From positions 26,902 through 90,901 of the forward strand of contig JAWCKZ010000002.1 in assembly GCA_038851325.1 (NCBI GenBank): a stretch of DNA of 64,000 nucleotides, written 5' to 3'. Origin of the DNA: Candidatus Bilamarchaeaceae archaeon. Lineage in GTDB: Archaea; Micrarchaeota; Micrarchaeia; Anstonellales; Bilamarchaeaceae. This document shows, piece after piece, positions 19,495 through 29,193 of this stretch; position 1 is the stretch's first letter, and each line of letters begins with the position of its first letter. The translations under genes and the position numbers were made by a program. Under the pieces are notes generated by a model, which saw nothing but the letters and a program-made list of their open reading frames with translations, made no database searches and was not told the origin of the DNA.

Positions 19495-19570
19495 GTGGTC
19501 ACCTTTGCTAAATATTTTTTCATTCAATATTAATCATATTGATTTTTAAATTCTTACCTTATTTCACATC

Positions 19571-20257
19571 TCAGAAAACTTTCTCACCAACATACACTTT
19601 TATCCCAGAAGGAGTAACTTTAAATGGTACAAGGTCGCGTGAGTGGTCTGTCCCTCGCATCTTGAATACTTCAAGCGCGCGTATTCTTCTATCCTCTCGG
19701 TCAAGATTGTAAAGGTTTATTATGCCGTCCATCACAAAGTGCTCTATATCATAATGCATCTCTGCTTTCACAGCGGTCGACGCCTCTACTGTGGTCATCG
19801 TTGTACAATCAAGGTTTCGCAACAACGAAAGAAATTCAAAGAGCGTTTGTCTGTATTCGAGGTCGGTACCAAAGGACATTCGTATCATGGTCGCAGAGTC
19901 TATGACGGCCCTTTTAACATCATTCTCAGTAATTCTCTCTTCTATGATGTTGGCTATTTCTTCAAGTTCGAACTTTTCTGGTTTTATAATCTCTATCTTT
20001 TTATCCTTTACCATCTTCGGCACGTCGGTGAGCATTGGAAATGTATTTTTCATATTTTCCATGATATCATCCGCTGTCTCCTCGAGTGTTATATAAATTC
20101 CATTTTCACCGTTCTGAGCCCCACGATAGACAAACTCAAATCCAAATGATGTTTTTCCACAACCAGGACCGCCATAGATAGCAATGTGTCGCCTTCTTGG
20201 TATTCCACCATTAATCATCTCATCCAAACCAGCTATGCCTGTCTTTACTCTTTCCAT
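19571..20257 (-). CDS. KaiC/RecA-superfamily single-domain ATPase
   Basis: KTGIAGLDEMINGGIP, GGPGCGKT, IDS, KMRGT. Confidence 0.9.
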   Translation of the reverse strand: MERVKTGIAGLDEMINGGIPRRRHIAIYGGPGCGKTSFGFEFVYRGAQNGENGIYITLEETADDIMENMKNTFPMLTDVPKMVKDKKIEIIKPEKFELEEIANIIEERITENDVKRAVIDSATMIRMSFGTDLEYRQTLFEFLSLLRNLDCTTMTTVEASTAVKAEMHYDIEHFVMDGIINLYNLDREDRRIRALEVFKMRGTDHSRDLVPFKVTPSGIKVYVGEKVF

Positions 20258-20322
20258 AGAATCCCTCTTTTATTGATATGCTCTCTTCTTTCTCCGCAAT
20301 TAATTTAATAGTATGTGTTATA

Positions 20323-20844
20323 ATGAAAACCATGAGAACCATGAAAGCCATGAGAACTATGAAGGGTCAGTCAACAGCGGAATATATCACAACTTACGGT
20401 TGGGCATTGTTTGCACTTGTGGTTGTTATTACTATTATATTGGGCAGCGGAATGCTTACGCCGAACTTTTTAATATCCGAGAGGTGTGAGCTTGGTACAA
20501 ATCTTCAATGCAGAGCCGCAGTTTATAATACTGATGACCAGACAAAAATATCCCTGGAACTCCTAAATGGCTTCGCCTATAGAATACGAATTGTTTCAGT
20601 CGAGGTATTTCGTTCAGATGGCACTACATCCTTTAATGGTCTAAGCAGAGAGGTAACAATCGAAAGCGGGGACAAAGAAACGTTTATTGGTAGTTTCTCT
20701 GAGGGGCAGCTACCCAGCAACGAATTAGAGCAATTTACAGTGAGGGTGAAGTACGCCTCCTGTGCGCCTGAACTTGGACCTGGCTGTGGCGATAATCATA
20801 CAATAACAGGTAGAATAATAGCAAGGGTTATACCATCAGGGTAA
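20323..20844 (+). CDS. Type IV pilin-like protein
   Basis: KG/QSTAEYITTYGWA class III signal; start is ambiguous among five in-frame ATGs at 20323-20359. Confidence 0.8.
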   Translation: MKTMRTMKAMRTMKGQSTAEYITTYGWALFALVVVITIILGSGMLTPNFLISERCELGTNLQCRAAVYNTDDQTKISLELLNGFAYRIRIVSVEVFRSDGTTSFNGLSREVTIESGDKETFIGSFSEGQLPSNELEQFTVRVKYASCAPELGPGCGDNHTITGRIIARVIPSG

Positions 20845-21384
20845 TCCACCTTCGATGACCTTCCCTCGCTCACTTGGTTTTATTCTCAATCTGCCCCCAA
20901 AGCGTTTGTCAAAATCACGCTCAAGCTGTTTGCCGCTTTTCAGTTTTTCGAGAAAGATAGCAAGTGCAGCAACTTCGCTGTGGGGCTGACTTGTTATTGC
21001 AATGTTAAAATCAGACACATCGTAAATCTCTTTTGGTACGCGCTCGCTCCCAACAATAATCAATAGATTTTCTGCTTTTTCGATGTTTTGAAACGCTTCT
21101 GGCAGAGGGACACCATACATTGTAAGATGAACGATAGTAAATCCTTTCTCTTTGTATCCTTTTATCGCATTTAGATATTTCTCTTTATACTCGATGAAAA
21201 AATCACCTCCCCAACGCTGCGCAAGTCTTGAGACACTTGATTCCAGGCCCGCATCGCGCTGGCCTGAGTAGTTCATCCCATCAGCACCGAATGCCCGTGC
21301 AACAAGAGCAACATGGGTTGTAATTCGCTCATCGCGCGGGAGCCTATGACTGAGTCGAAAGACAACAATCATCGCATCACTCAA
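20836..21384 (-). CDS. trm56: tRNA (cytidine56-2'-O)-methyltransferase
   Basis: RLSHR..RDERITTHVALVARAFGA, VHLTMYG, QPHSEVAALA. Confidence 0.95.
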   Translation of the reverse strand: MSDAMIVVFRLSHRLPRDERITTHVALVARAFGADGMNYSGQRDAGLESSVSRLAQRWGGDFFIEYKEKYLNAIKGYKEKGFTIVHLTMYGVPLPEAFQNIEKAENLLIIVGSERVPKEIYDVSDFNIAITSQPHSEVAALAIFLEKLKSGKQLERDFDKRFGGRLRIKPSERGKVIEGGLP

Positions 21385-22528
21385 CGTGAATATGTTTTTT
21401 TCCTTTTAACCAAACAATAAACGGGTAAGTTAATATAAGCAGCCCAAGCACCACGAACGGAATGAACATATTTGAGAACAAGATATAAAGACACAGCACT
21501 AGCACAATTCCTACCAATCTCCCGATGTTAAGTATCAATTCTCTAGCGAGCATGACTTTGTCAATGTCTCTCTTGTTGTCCAGCAATATTGCAGTTGTGA
21601 AAGGATTAAATAGATTTATAAAAAAGTTTCTGCCCGCATTCGCTGTGAACCACAATGCTGCATTGCTTGCAAATCCTGTAAAGATGGTTATGAGTCCGAG
21701 CGCACTTCCAAACAAGATTATATAGACTCTTCGTTTTCTTACCTTATCTGAAAGTTTGCTAACAAAGAAGGACGCTATGATAGAAAAGATGGTAGTAATG
21801 GCAATGAAACCACCAAGTTCGAGCGGTTTGGTAAAAAAGAGCAACGTTACGATCGTGATTGCTGCTGTTGTCCCGCCTCCGTAAACGCCCTCCGTAAATA
21901 TCAGCGTTCTAAAACCTTTTATTTCCTTTATACCATCCGCCGCACTGTAACTGTATCCACGTTTTTTGATCGCCTTCAGCTCAAGAAAGATGATTAAGAA
22001 CAGTAGCGCAGATAGGATGAAAAGTATTTGAAATCCAAAAACCTCTGCTACTACCGCACTTGCGACAGGTAGCAGAAGTCCAAGAAAAGGAGACATCGAA
22101 AAATAAATGCTGCTCGAGGTTGCGGCTTGTTCCACGCCTTGTTCAAAATACATGATATTAAACGGAACCCAAAAGAGAAGGCAAGTAAGTCCAAGAATAA
22201 AGGTGCTAAAAAATAGTAGCTCTTTTGTTGGTGGTAAAAGTGCAAGTGCGATATACGAGAGCGCCATGAGGAAAATTGCTATACCCATGTAGAATCTATG
22301 GTCGCCTTCCATTCTCTTATTTAAAAGAAGAACGAGAAAAATTGCTGCTGCAGGCCAAAAAATAAAGGAAGTGAGCAAGTCAAAATTACTCATTCCTGCA
22401 TGTTTGAAGTATAGATAAAGAAGGCTCCCAGAGAATACATTGGCACCAACCCACAGTGAATAGAGCAATAGCAGTCTTAGCAATTGTTCTTTTCCTCTCA
22501 GCATGACGAAGTGAATACAAAATTCCAA
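21377..22528 (-). CDS. MFS-type membrane transporter
   Basis: About 12 hydrophobic segments, KLSDKVRKRR loop; start uncertain. Confidence 0.7.
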   Translation of the reverse strand: MEFCIHFVMLRGKEQLLRLLLLYSLWVGANVFSGSLLYLYFKHAGMSNFDLLTSFIFWPAAAIFLVLLLNKRMEGDHRFYMGIAIFLMALSYIALALLPPTKELLFFSTFILGLTCLLFWVPFNIMYFEQGVEQAATSSSIYFSMSPFLGLLLPVASAVVAEVFGFQILFILSALLFLIIFLELKAIKKRGYSYSAADGIKEIKGFRTLIFTEGVYGGGTTAAITIVTLLFFTKPLELGGFIAITTIFSIIASFFVSKLSDKVRKRRVYIILFGSALGLITIFTGFASNAALWFTANAGRNFFINLFNPFTTAILLDNKRDIDKVMLARELILNIGRLVGIVLVLCLYILFSNMFIPFVVLGLLILTYPFIVWLKGKKHIHVE

Positions 22529-22558
22529 ATAAAAATCTTTTGCAACTAATCCAACGCT

Positions 22559-23746
22559 ATGCTAATAGGTATAGTTGGAAAGCCCTCTACAGGAAAGAGT
22601 ACTTTTTTTATGGCAGCCACGAGCGTTGTTGTCGAGCGCTCTCCACGACCGTTTACAACAATAAAACCAAATCATGCTATCGGATATGTAGAGGTTGAAT
22701 GCGTAGACAAGGATTTTGGCATAAGATGCAATCCGCGAAGCGGATACTGCATAAATTCAAGACGATTTGTTTCTGTTGATCTTCTTGATGTAGCTGGTCT
22801 GGTTCCTGGCGCGCATGAAGGGAGAGGGCTGGGTAATAAATTTCTCGATGACCTCAGACAGGCAGATGTGCTTATTCATATTGTGGATGCAAGTGGGTCT
22901 ACAAATGAGAACGGTGAAAAGGTTGCGCTCGGTAGTTATGATCCAGCCAATGACATTCGCTTTTTGGAAGAGGAGTTAGATTATTGGCTCAAGGGTATTC
23001 TAGACAATAACTGGCAAAGGCTTTTGAAAGAAAGCAAAAGAAAGAAAAACGAGGAACTTCTGTGTGATCAGTTTGCAGGGCTTGGAATACGCAAGGATGC
23101 AATAGTAAAAGCACTGGGTCAACTCAATCTGAGAGAGAAAACTCTGGACAGCTGGAGCGAAGAGGAGAAAATGGGATTTGCAAGAATAATGCGAAAGATA
23201 GGAAAGCCGTTAATTATTGTCGCAAACAAATGCGACCTTCCGGGTGCGTATGCAAACTACCAGCGTCTTCTAAAAGAGTTTCCGGAGCATCTTATTATCC
23301 CGTGTTCTTCAGAAGCGGAGATAGCTTTAAAGGAAGCTGCAAAGCATGGCTTTATAAAGTACCTTCCAGGAGATGCTGATTTTGAGATAGTAAGAGAACT
23401 TGATGAGCAGCAGAGAAGGGCAATGGAATTTCTTAAAGGTTATATCAAGAAAGCCGGTGGAACAGGCGTACAAAAAGCTCTGAACACAGCGGTGTTTAAC
23501 TTTTTGAATTACATCGCAGTTTTTCCTGTTGCGAACTCAGCAAAGCTTACTGATGATAAGGGGAATGTACTCCCGGATTGTTTTCTCATGAAGCCAGGCT
23601 CTACTGCGCTTGATCTGGCTGCCTCAATTCATAGCACAATGGCAGAGAAGTTTATTCGAGCTATAGATGTGAGGACCAAAAAGGCGCTTGGTGCTGATTA
23701 CAAACTAAGGCACAGAGATGTCATTGAGGTTGTTTTTGGTCGGTAG
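22559..23746 (+). CDS. ychF: YchF/Ygr210-type Obg-family NTPase with TGS domain
   Basis: GKPSTGKST, PFTTI.PN, DVAGLVPGAHEGRGLGNKFLDDLR, NKCD. Confidence 0.9.
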   Translation: MLIGIVGKPSTGKSTFFMAATSVVVERSPRPFTTIKPNHAIGYVEVECVDKDFGIRCNPRSGYCINSRRFVSVDLLDVAGLVPGAHEGRGLGNKFLDDLRQADVLIHIVDASGSTNENGEKVALGSYDPANDIRFLEEELDYWLKGILDNNWQRLLKESKRKKNEELLCDQFAGLGIRKDAIVKALGQLNLREKTLDSWSEEEKMGFARIMRKIGKPLIIVANKCDLPGAYANYQRLLKEFPEHLIIPCSSEAEIALKEAAKHGFIKYLPGDADFEIVRELDEQQRRAMEFLKGYIKKAGGTGVQKALNTAVFNFLNYIAVFPVANSAKLTDDKGNVLPDCFLMKPGSTALDLAASIHSTMAEKFIRAIDVRTKKALGADYKLRHRDVIEVVFGR

Positions 23747-24035
23747 CTCCAAGTTTGCGCATTATTCCGCTTGTTTTTAACGCGATTATCCGTGGGTGCT
23801 CTATCAGCGCAAGAAACCCTGGAATGAGATGTGCGTAGTCGCGGCTTACTGTTAGTATGCCCCGTCCTGTTTTTTCGTCGTACGCAGAAAGCCTGAATTG
23901 GGCGAACGACATACCATACTCCCCAAAGAATTTCAGCCCCTCTCGATAGAGAACTGATTTTGTTTCTTGTTCGCTCTGTGGAGGTGCTACTTCGAATAGT
24001 ATATGCCTTCTTTTTTTGGAGTACGCCCTAACCAT
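23721..24035 (-). CDS. rnp2: RNase P protein component 2 (Pop5/Rpp14)
   Basis: KRRHILFE, FFGEYG, TSGIMRKL; GGTG RBS. Confidence 0.8.
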   Translation of the reverse strand: MVRAYSKKRRHILFEVAPPQSEQETKSVLYREGLKFFGEYGMSFAQFRLSAYDEKTGRGILTVSRDYAHLIPGFLALIEHPRIIALKTSGIMRKLGATDQKQPQ

Positions 24036-24118
24036 AATCACACCTTTATGATTAAACGATGACAAAAAAGCATTTATAAGTGTTATTAATTTAAGTTGAA
24101 AAAATAAAAGGAAAAAAA

Positions 24119-25045
24119 TCATTGCTTTATCTCATAAATAGCGTATACATGGCTGCTCAGTGTAAGGTCTTGGGGGAATATCTCTGCAGATCTTCTCGCT
24201 CCATCTTCGATGGTTGGCATTTTTGACTCAACATAGCCGTAAGGATAATAGGGTGGGTAGTAATCTGTCTGTATTAAAACGATTCTGCCGAGAGACACAC
24301 CCAAACCTGTCGCGATACTTTCTGCTTTTTTCCTTGCCGCCTTTGCAGCATCTGCGATAAGTTCGTTTTCTATATCTATCCTGGTCTGCTCCTTCAGTGA
24401 GAAATAAAAGTAATCGAATCTCGTGCTGGTTACATCAGCTACTCCGTCAATTACACTGCCACCAACGCTGATGTTTTCGCTCTTTATCATTATTGAGTGC
24501 GTTGTTCTGTACCCGATTATCTCACGGTTACATTCGCATGGATAAGGCGGTGGAATAGGATACATCTCGCTTTCGACAGCAATGCCTTCGCCACCTGCGG
24601 TTTCGTATACCGGGCATACATCGCCCTTGCACGGCCATGGTGGGCACCAGCAACTGTCATTATATATCGGATACGTATAGTAAGAAGTGGTCTGTATTTC
24701 GCTTTCCTTTATACCACGTGCAAGAAGCGCTGCCTTGAGCGCAGCGGTTGCCTTTGCATTTGCTGCTTCTGCAAGTGAAGCGGTTTCGTTCTCTGTTTCT
24801 ATGGTTAAGCCTATAATAAGAAGGTCAGGTTTTACAACTCGCGCAGCTTCGCCGTTGACAGATATCTTCGGCACTTCCTCGCTTGTATTTGAGCAATTTT
24901 GGGCCGGCACAACTGCTGGAAAAATGTGCGCGCCACCAGCCTGCCAGAAAGTAATTATATACGTCGCTCCTGCGACAACAATCGCAGTGAGCAGAACCAT
25001 TAGGAACGCAGTGTTGCGTTCGACAACATATTTCGTTTCTACCAT
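24119..25045 (-). CDS. SIMPL (DUF541) domain membrane-anchored protein
   Basis: ISVNGEA...KPD, IQTTSY..YP.Y, ARKKAESIATGLGVSLGRI. Confidence 0.85.
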   Translation of the reverse strand: MVETKYVVERNTAFLMVLLTAIVVAGATYIITFWQAGGAHIFPAVVPAQNCSNTSEEVPKISVNGEAARVVKPDLLIIGLTIETENETASLAEAANAKATAALKAALLARGIKESEIQTTSYYTYPIYNDSCWCPPWPCKGDVCPVYETAGGEGIAVESEMYPIPPPYPCECNREIIGYRTTHSIMIKSENISVGGSVIDGVADVTSTRFDYFYFSLKEQTRIDIENELIADAAKAARKKAESIATGLGVSLGRIVLIQTDYYPPYYPYGYVESKMPTIEDGARRSAEIFPQDLTLSSHVYAIYEIKQ

Positions 25046-25344
25046 TATATCACCGATTCATTTAGAAGAAGCAATGCTTATAAGGTGCTTGAACTTGTAA
25101 GGAAAAAAGCTACCTTTTTCATCTCAAACTCTGTCATGCAAAGACGAGCAAAAAGCTGGAAAGTAGGATAACGCGCTGCTTAGTCTAAATCCCAACATCG
25201 TAAAAATTTCAAAAGGCAACCTACGCTGCCGGTTATACTTATGAACAACTGATAAATGAGATACTGGAGCATGCACTTAAGCGATATGGCAAAAAGTCGT
25301 ATCTTTAGTCAGTGTTTTTTAACTTATCCATCTATCTTTATTTC

Positions 25345-25779
25345 ATGGAGCGAGTTCTAATAATCTGCGGAAGCAAGAGTGATGAGGAGATAGCCAAAAA
25401 AGCGATCGATACACTTGACGAGTTTGGCGTTACTTATAGATACGAGATTGCATCTGCTCACAGAAACCCAGAGAAGGTTGATGCGCTTGTGAAAGGTACG
25501 AGTGCAGATGTAATTATAGCTATTGCAGGGCTGAGCGCGGCTCTTCCTGGTGTTGTTGCATCAAGGACAACAAAACCAGTTATCGGCGTACCTGTGAACG
25601 TGAAGCTTGACGGGCTTGATGCGCTGCTCTCCATGATGCAAATGCCATCTGGAGTACCTGTTGCAACGGTTGGGATAGATAATGGAAAGAACGCAGCCCT
25701 TCTTGCGATTGAAATACTTGCGCTGAAAGACGAACTACTTGCGGAAAAATTAAAAAATAAGGTTCGCGTTGCGAGGTGA
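25345..25779 (+). CDS. purE: N5-CAIR mutase
   Basis: [31 protein letters not shown]. Confidence 0.95.
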   Translation: MERVLIICGSKSDEEIAKKAIDTLDEFGVTYRYEIASAHRNPEKVDALVKGTSADVIIAIAGLSAALPGVVASRTTKPVIGVPVNVKLDGLDALLSMMQMPSGVPVATVGIDNGKNAALLAIEILALKDELLAEKLKNKVRVAR

Positions 25780-25785
25780 AGAACC

Positions 25786-26319
25786 GTGAAAAGAATTATG
25801 TATACGGAAAGGATATCAAACAAGCAACCATGCAGAGCATTTAAATCTAAGGAATGTCTTGTTGATTCATTTAGAGATTTAAGAAGCGGTATTGTTGTGA
25901 GTGCATTTGTCATGGGAATGTTATGTAACGCATGTGCGACAGCCATCCTCACAGCTGTAAGTGTTCAGTCAGATTGTAGTAAGAAAAAAATTGCAGCAGA
26001 TGTAATATGTGGTGTTGGTGTAGATGTTGGTGCAGCCGTGATGGGGCCCGTTTGCGGGCTTCCAGAGAAAGATAAAAATTCTAGAGTGATATCCGGCGGG
26101 CTAGGTGCGCTCGGCGGCGCCCTTGTCGGCGGCAGTCTTGCCTGTCTTCCTACGGTGTTTATAGATGATCCCTGCGAATCGTCTTCCCCAAGCTATCACC
26201 AACCTCCTCTGACTCCTCCACCTACGTCACCAGAGTCACCATTCTATAGGCCGCCATGGTCACCAGATTCACCTTCCTATACGCCGTCTCCCTCGCCTCC
26301 TCCTACATATCCTAGATGA
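25786..26319 (+). CDS. Orphan membrane protein with glycine zipper and Pro/Ser-rich tail
   Basis: GGLGALGGALVGG; SP-rich C-terminus. Confidence 0.5.
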   Translation: MKRIMYTERISNKQPCRAFKSKECLVDSFRDLRSGIVVSAFVMGMLCNACATAILTAVSVQSDCSKKKIAADVICGVGVDVGAAVMGPVCGLPEKDKNSRVISGGLGALGGALVGGSLACLPTVFIDDPCESSSPSYHQPPLTPPPTSPESPFYRPPWSPDSPSYTPSPSPPPTYPR

Positions 26320-26349
26320 AAAGCGCTTACAAATAATAAACGTGATGAA

Positions 26350-26925
26350 ATGAATAAACCGGATTTTCATTTTCCTAAAATGCTCGAGAATCTGAAACGC
26401 GGAGGTCCTGCGATTGTTCTTCCAAAGGATGCAGGCATTGTGATAGCTTACAGCGGCATAGGAAGGAACTCAAAGGTTGTAGAGCTTGGTACCGGTTCTG
26501 GTTTTATGACCGTTCAGCTTGCGAACATTGCAAAGGAAGTGATTACTTACGAAAAAAGAAAAGAGTTTGCAGAGCTTGCTAAACAGAATATAAAGAAAGC
26601 AGGATTGGAGAACGTAACTCTGAAAGAGGCAGATGCGCTTATTAACTTTGATGAAAGAGATGTAGACCTTGTTTTTTGTGATATCGCGGATGCTGAAAAT
26701 GTGGTGGAGCGTGCCTATGCAGCGCTTAAGAAAGATGGAACATTTGCAGCGCACTGCTTGAACATAGAGCAGGCAAAGGCGCTTGTGCTTGCGCTGAGAG
26801 CAAATTTTAGAGATGTTTTTATGACCGAGTGCATTGTTCGCGATTACGACATTCGCAGTTTTGGCACTAGGCCAAAGCATTTTGGGCTAATGCATACTGC
26901 CTATCTTGTTTTCGCTAGGAAATGA
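26350..26925 (+). CDS. trmI: tRNA (adenine57/58-N1)-methyltransferase, short form
   Basis: RGGPAIVLPKD, ELGTGSG, HTAYLVFARK. Confidence 0.85.
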   Translation: MNKPDFHFPKMLENLKRGGPAIVLPKDAGIVIAYSGIGRNSKVVELGTGSGFMTVQLANIAKEVITYEKRKEFAELAKQNIKKAGLENVTLKEADALINFDERDVDLVFCDIADAENVVERAYAALKKDGTFAAHCLNIEQAKALVLALRANFRDVFMTECIVRDYDIRSFGTRPKHFGLMHTAYLVFARK

Positions 26926-27303
26926 GAACCGTGGCGTCCACCGCTTGCAGAAACGATTTAATGATTTCTGTTTAAACCTTTCCATGATAGAGATTAAAGG
27001 TGCTCTTCGGCGCTGACTTCGTGCGCAAGTGCACTTGAGGGGGTAGCGTTAGCAACAAGTTCGCTTGCGCACTCTCTCGGCATGATTCCTTATATGCCTC
27101 AAGAAGTAATAACATCTATGAGCTCAAGCGCGGACAGCATGAGCAACGCTGCAGGTTTTATAATAGAGACAGCAGTATCAATGGAAACAACATTTACCTA
27201 ACTGCAAAAACAGGTTTGATACTTTTTACAATACTATTAATACTTGTATTTGTTTTGAACATTCTTTCTTTCTATAGACAACTGACGCAGTAATCACGCA
27301 GTT

Positions 27304-27786
27304 TTATCTTTTATATCCTATCTTCCTAAGAAACTCTTTTCTCCATTTTTTGTCTTCTTCTTTTTCTATATCAACTGGCCTACTGCCGTCTATTACACCA
27401 AGAACACCGCGACCACTTTCTGTTTCTGCTACAACAACCTGTAGAGGATTTGCAGTCGCGGCATATATATTGCAGACTTCGCTTACGTTCTTTATTCTAT
27501 TAAGAACGCTTATTGGATACCCGCCTCTTATGAATATTATAAATGAATGTCCGCATCCAAGTTTCAGCGCTTCTCTCTCCGCATGCGCAATCAACTCATC
27601 ATCATTTCCCTCGCTTCTTACAAGGCATTTGCCAGAACTTTCGCAGAATCCTATTCCAAACCTCAGTGCACTGCTACTTTCTGCGAGTGCTTCGTAAAGA
27701 TCCTCTACTGATTTTATAAAATGCGTTTGACCAAGTATAACATTGCAGTCAGCAGGAATCTCTATACCAACAACTTTGAGTTCCAT
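27304..27786 (-). CDS. Adenosine-specific kinase / DUF355 family
   Basis: NVILGQTHFIKSVEDLYE, ATANP, GRGVLGVIDG, FLRKIGYK. Confidence 0.9.
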   Translation of the reverse strand: MELKVVGIEIPADCNVILGQTHFIKSVEDLYEALAESSSALRFGIGFCESSGKCLVRSEGNDDELIAHAEREALKLGCGHSFIIFIRGGYPISVLNRIKNVSEVCNIYAATANPLQVVVAETESGRGVLGVIDGSRPVDIEKEEDKKWRKEFLRKIGYKR

Positions 27787-27804
27787 TCTATCACCCTGTT
27801 TGCC

Positions 27805-28197
27805 TTATATCCCAAGTCTTTTTATTATCTTACTTGTTTTAAGCGATTCTTTTTCGATGTATTTTCTTAGTTTTACTATCCGAACGCCCTTTGGTTTTAT
27901 AAAAGGCTTCTGGTCATAGCCGTAGACAATGACGTCGGGTTTTATTTTTTTAACAATTTTCTCTGGATTTTTTCCACCAAGGATAACCTTATCAACCGGC
28001 TTTAGCTCAGATACCATCATGGCACGATAACGCTGTGAATGAATCGGTTTTCGTCCTTTTTTCTTTATATGCCTATCCCCTGCGACTACAACAACAAGAT
28101 AATCGCCGTATTTTTTTGCCTGTCGAAGCGTGTAAAGATGACCTGCATGCAAGATATCAAAAACGCCACCTGTTAGAACGACTTTCTTTTTTCGCAT
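27805..28197 (-). CDS. ribL: FAD synthase / cytidylyltransferase family
   Basis: GGVFDILHAGH, KPDVIVYGYDQ, KTSKII. Confidence 0.8.
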   Translation of the reverse strand: MRKKKVVLTGGVFDILHAGHLYTLRQAKKYGDYLVVVVAGDRHIKKKGRKPIHSQRYRAMMVSELKPVDKVILGGKNPEKIVKKIKPDVIVYGYDQKPFIKPKGVRIVKLRKYIEKESLKTSKIIKRLGI

Positions 28198-28248
28198 GAA
28201 CTGGATTTACATAAAACCATTTAAAATGTTATTAACTATTAATCCATC

Positions 28249-28731
28249 ATGATTCTTCCGAGGCAACATCTTTTGCAGCATATAAGTGATGTAATATCCG
28301 ACTCGCAATTCCAGCCCGCAGGAGTTGATATAACACTCAGAGAAGTAAGGCAGTTTCATTCAGCAGGGCAGATAGATTTTGATAATTCAACAAGGCGAAT
28401 AAGCGAAACGATACCGATTGTATTTAAAGATGACCAGGTATCCCTCCCTGCAGGCTCCTACAAAGTGATCTTTAATGAGTATGTAAAGATACCGCATGAT
28501 GTAGCAGCTATTTGCCTTCCACGCTCATCGCTGTTGCGGTGTGGTGCGACGCTTAACTGCGCGCTTTGGGATCCTGGGTATGAAGGAAGGAGCGAGGCCC
28601 TTCTTGTTGTTTACAACCCACATGGCATAACGCTTAAAAAAAATGCAAAGATAGGTCAGCTTGTTTTTATACGGTTGACTGAGAAATCAGAAGCCCTTTA
28701 TGCTGGAATCTATAAAGGAGAGAATAGGTAG
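28249..28731 (+). CDS. dUTPase / dCTP deaminase family (archaeal)
   Basis: QPAGVD, PRSSLLR.G, WDPGYEGR. Confidence 0.88.
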   Translation: MILPRQHLLQHISDVISDSQFQPAGVDITLREVRQFHSAGQIDFDNSTRRISETIPIVFKDDQVSLPAGSYKVIFNEYVKIPHDVAAICLPRSSLLRCGATLNCALWDPGYEGRSEALLVVYNPHGITLKKNAKIGQLVFIRLTEKSEALYAGIYKGENR

Positions 28732-28733
28732 GG

Positions 28734-29156
28734 GTGGTCTTTTTGAACGATGACAACATGAATACAGAAACAGATGTTTGGTCTACGCCCTCTGATGTGG
28801 CAGCTAAGAAGGTTTTTAGATTAACCATGCTTGCGTTTGGAATGCCAGCTTTTATGTTGTTGGCTAACTCAATAGAGAAATGTAGGGCCAATGAGAATGT
28901 ACACAACCAAACTACTAAAGAAAAAGAAGCACGGCAAAAGAGTGGCGTTGGGGAAAAGATTGGCAACATTGAACACGCATTGTTAAAAACCGAAAAAAAT
29001 TCCGTTGCGGAGGTCAAGCAGATAACAAAACAAGAAGAGCGTTGGGACAAATATTACGATTTTCTAAACAATGTAGAACAGAGGAATAAGAAGAGAAAAG
29101 ACCAAATAGACAGAGTAACTACTATGCAACGGGCCCTTCAACTAAAAAATAGATGA
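28734..29156 (+). CDS. Hypothetical protein
   Basis: 140-aa ORF filling the gap; one hydrophobic stretch and a coiled C-terminus. Confidence 0.45.
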   Translation: MVFLNDDNMNTETDVWSTPSDVAAKKVFRLTMLAFGMPAFMLLANSIEKCRANENVHNQTTKEKEARQKSGVGEKIGNIEHALLKTEKNSVAEVKQITKQEERWDKYYDFLNNVEQRNKKRKDQIDRVTTMQRALQLKNR

Positions 29157-29193
29157 ACGAGGCAATAGGAACATTGAGTATCCGGCAACCACA

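Noticed and set aside
26985..27200. ncRNA or small gene after trmI (11-bp inverted repeat GTGCGCAAGTG/CGCTTGCGCAC; broken ORF)
   Set aside because: No recognisable RNA family motif or intact reading frame; cannot be supported
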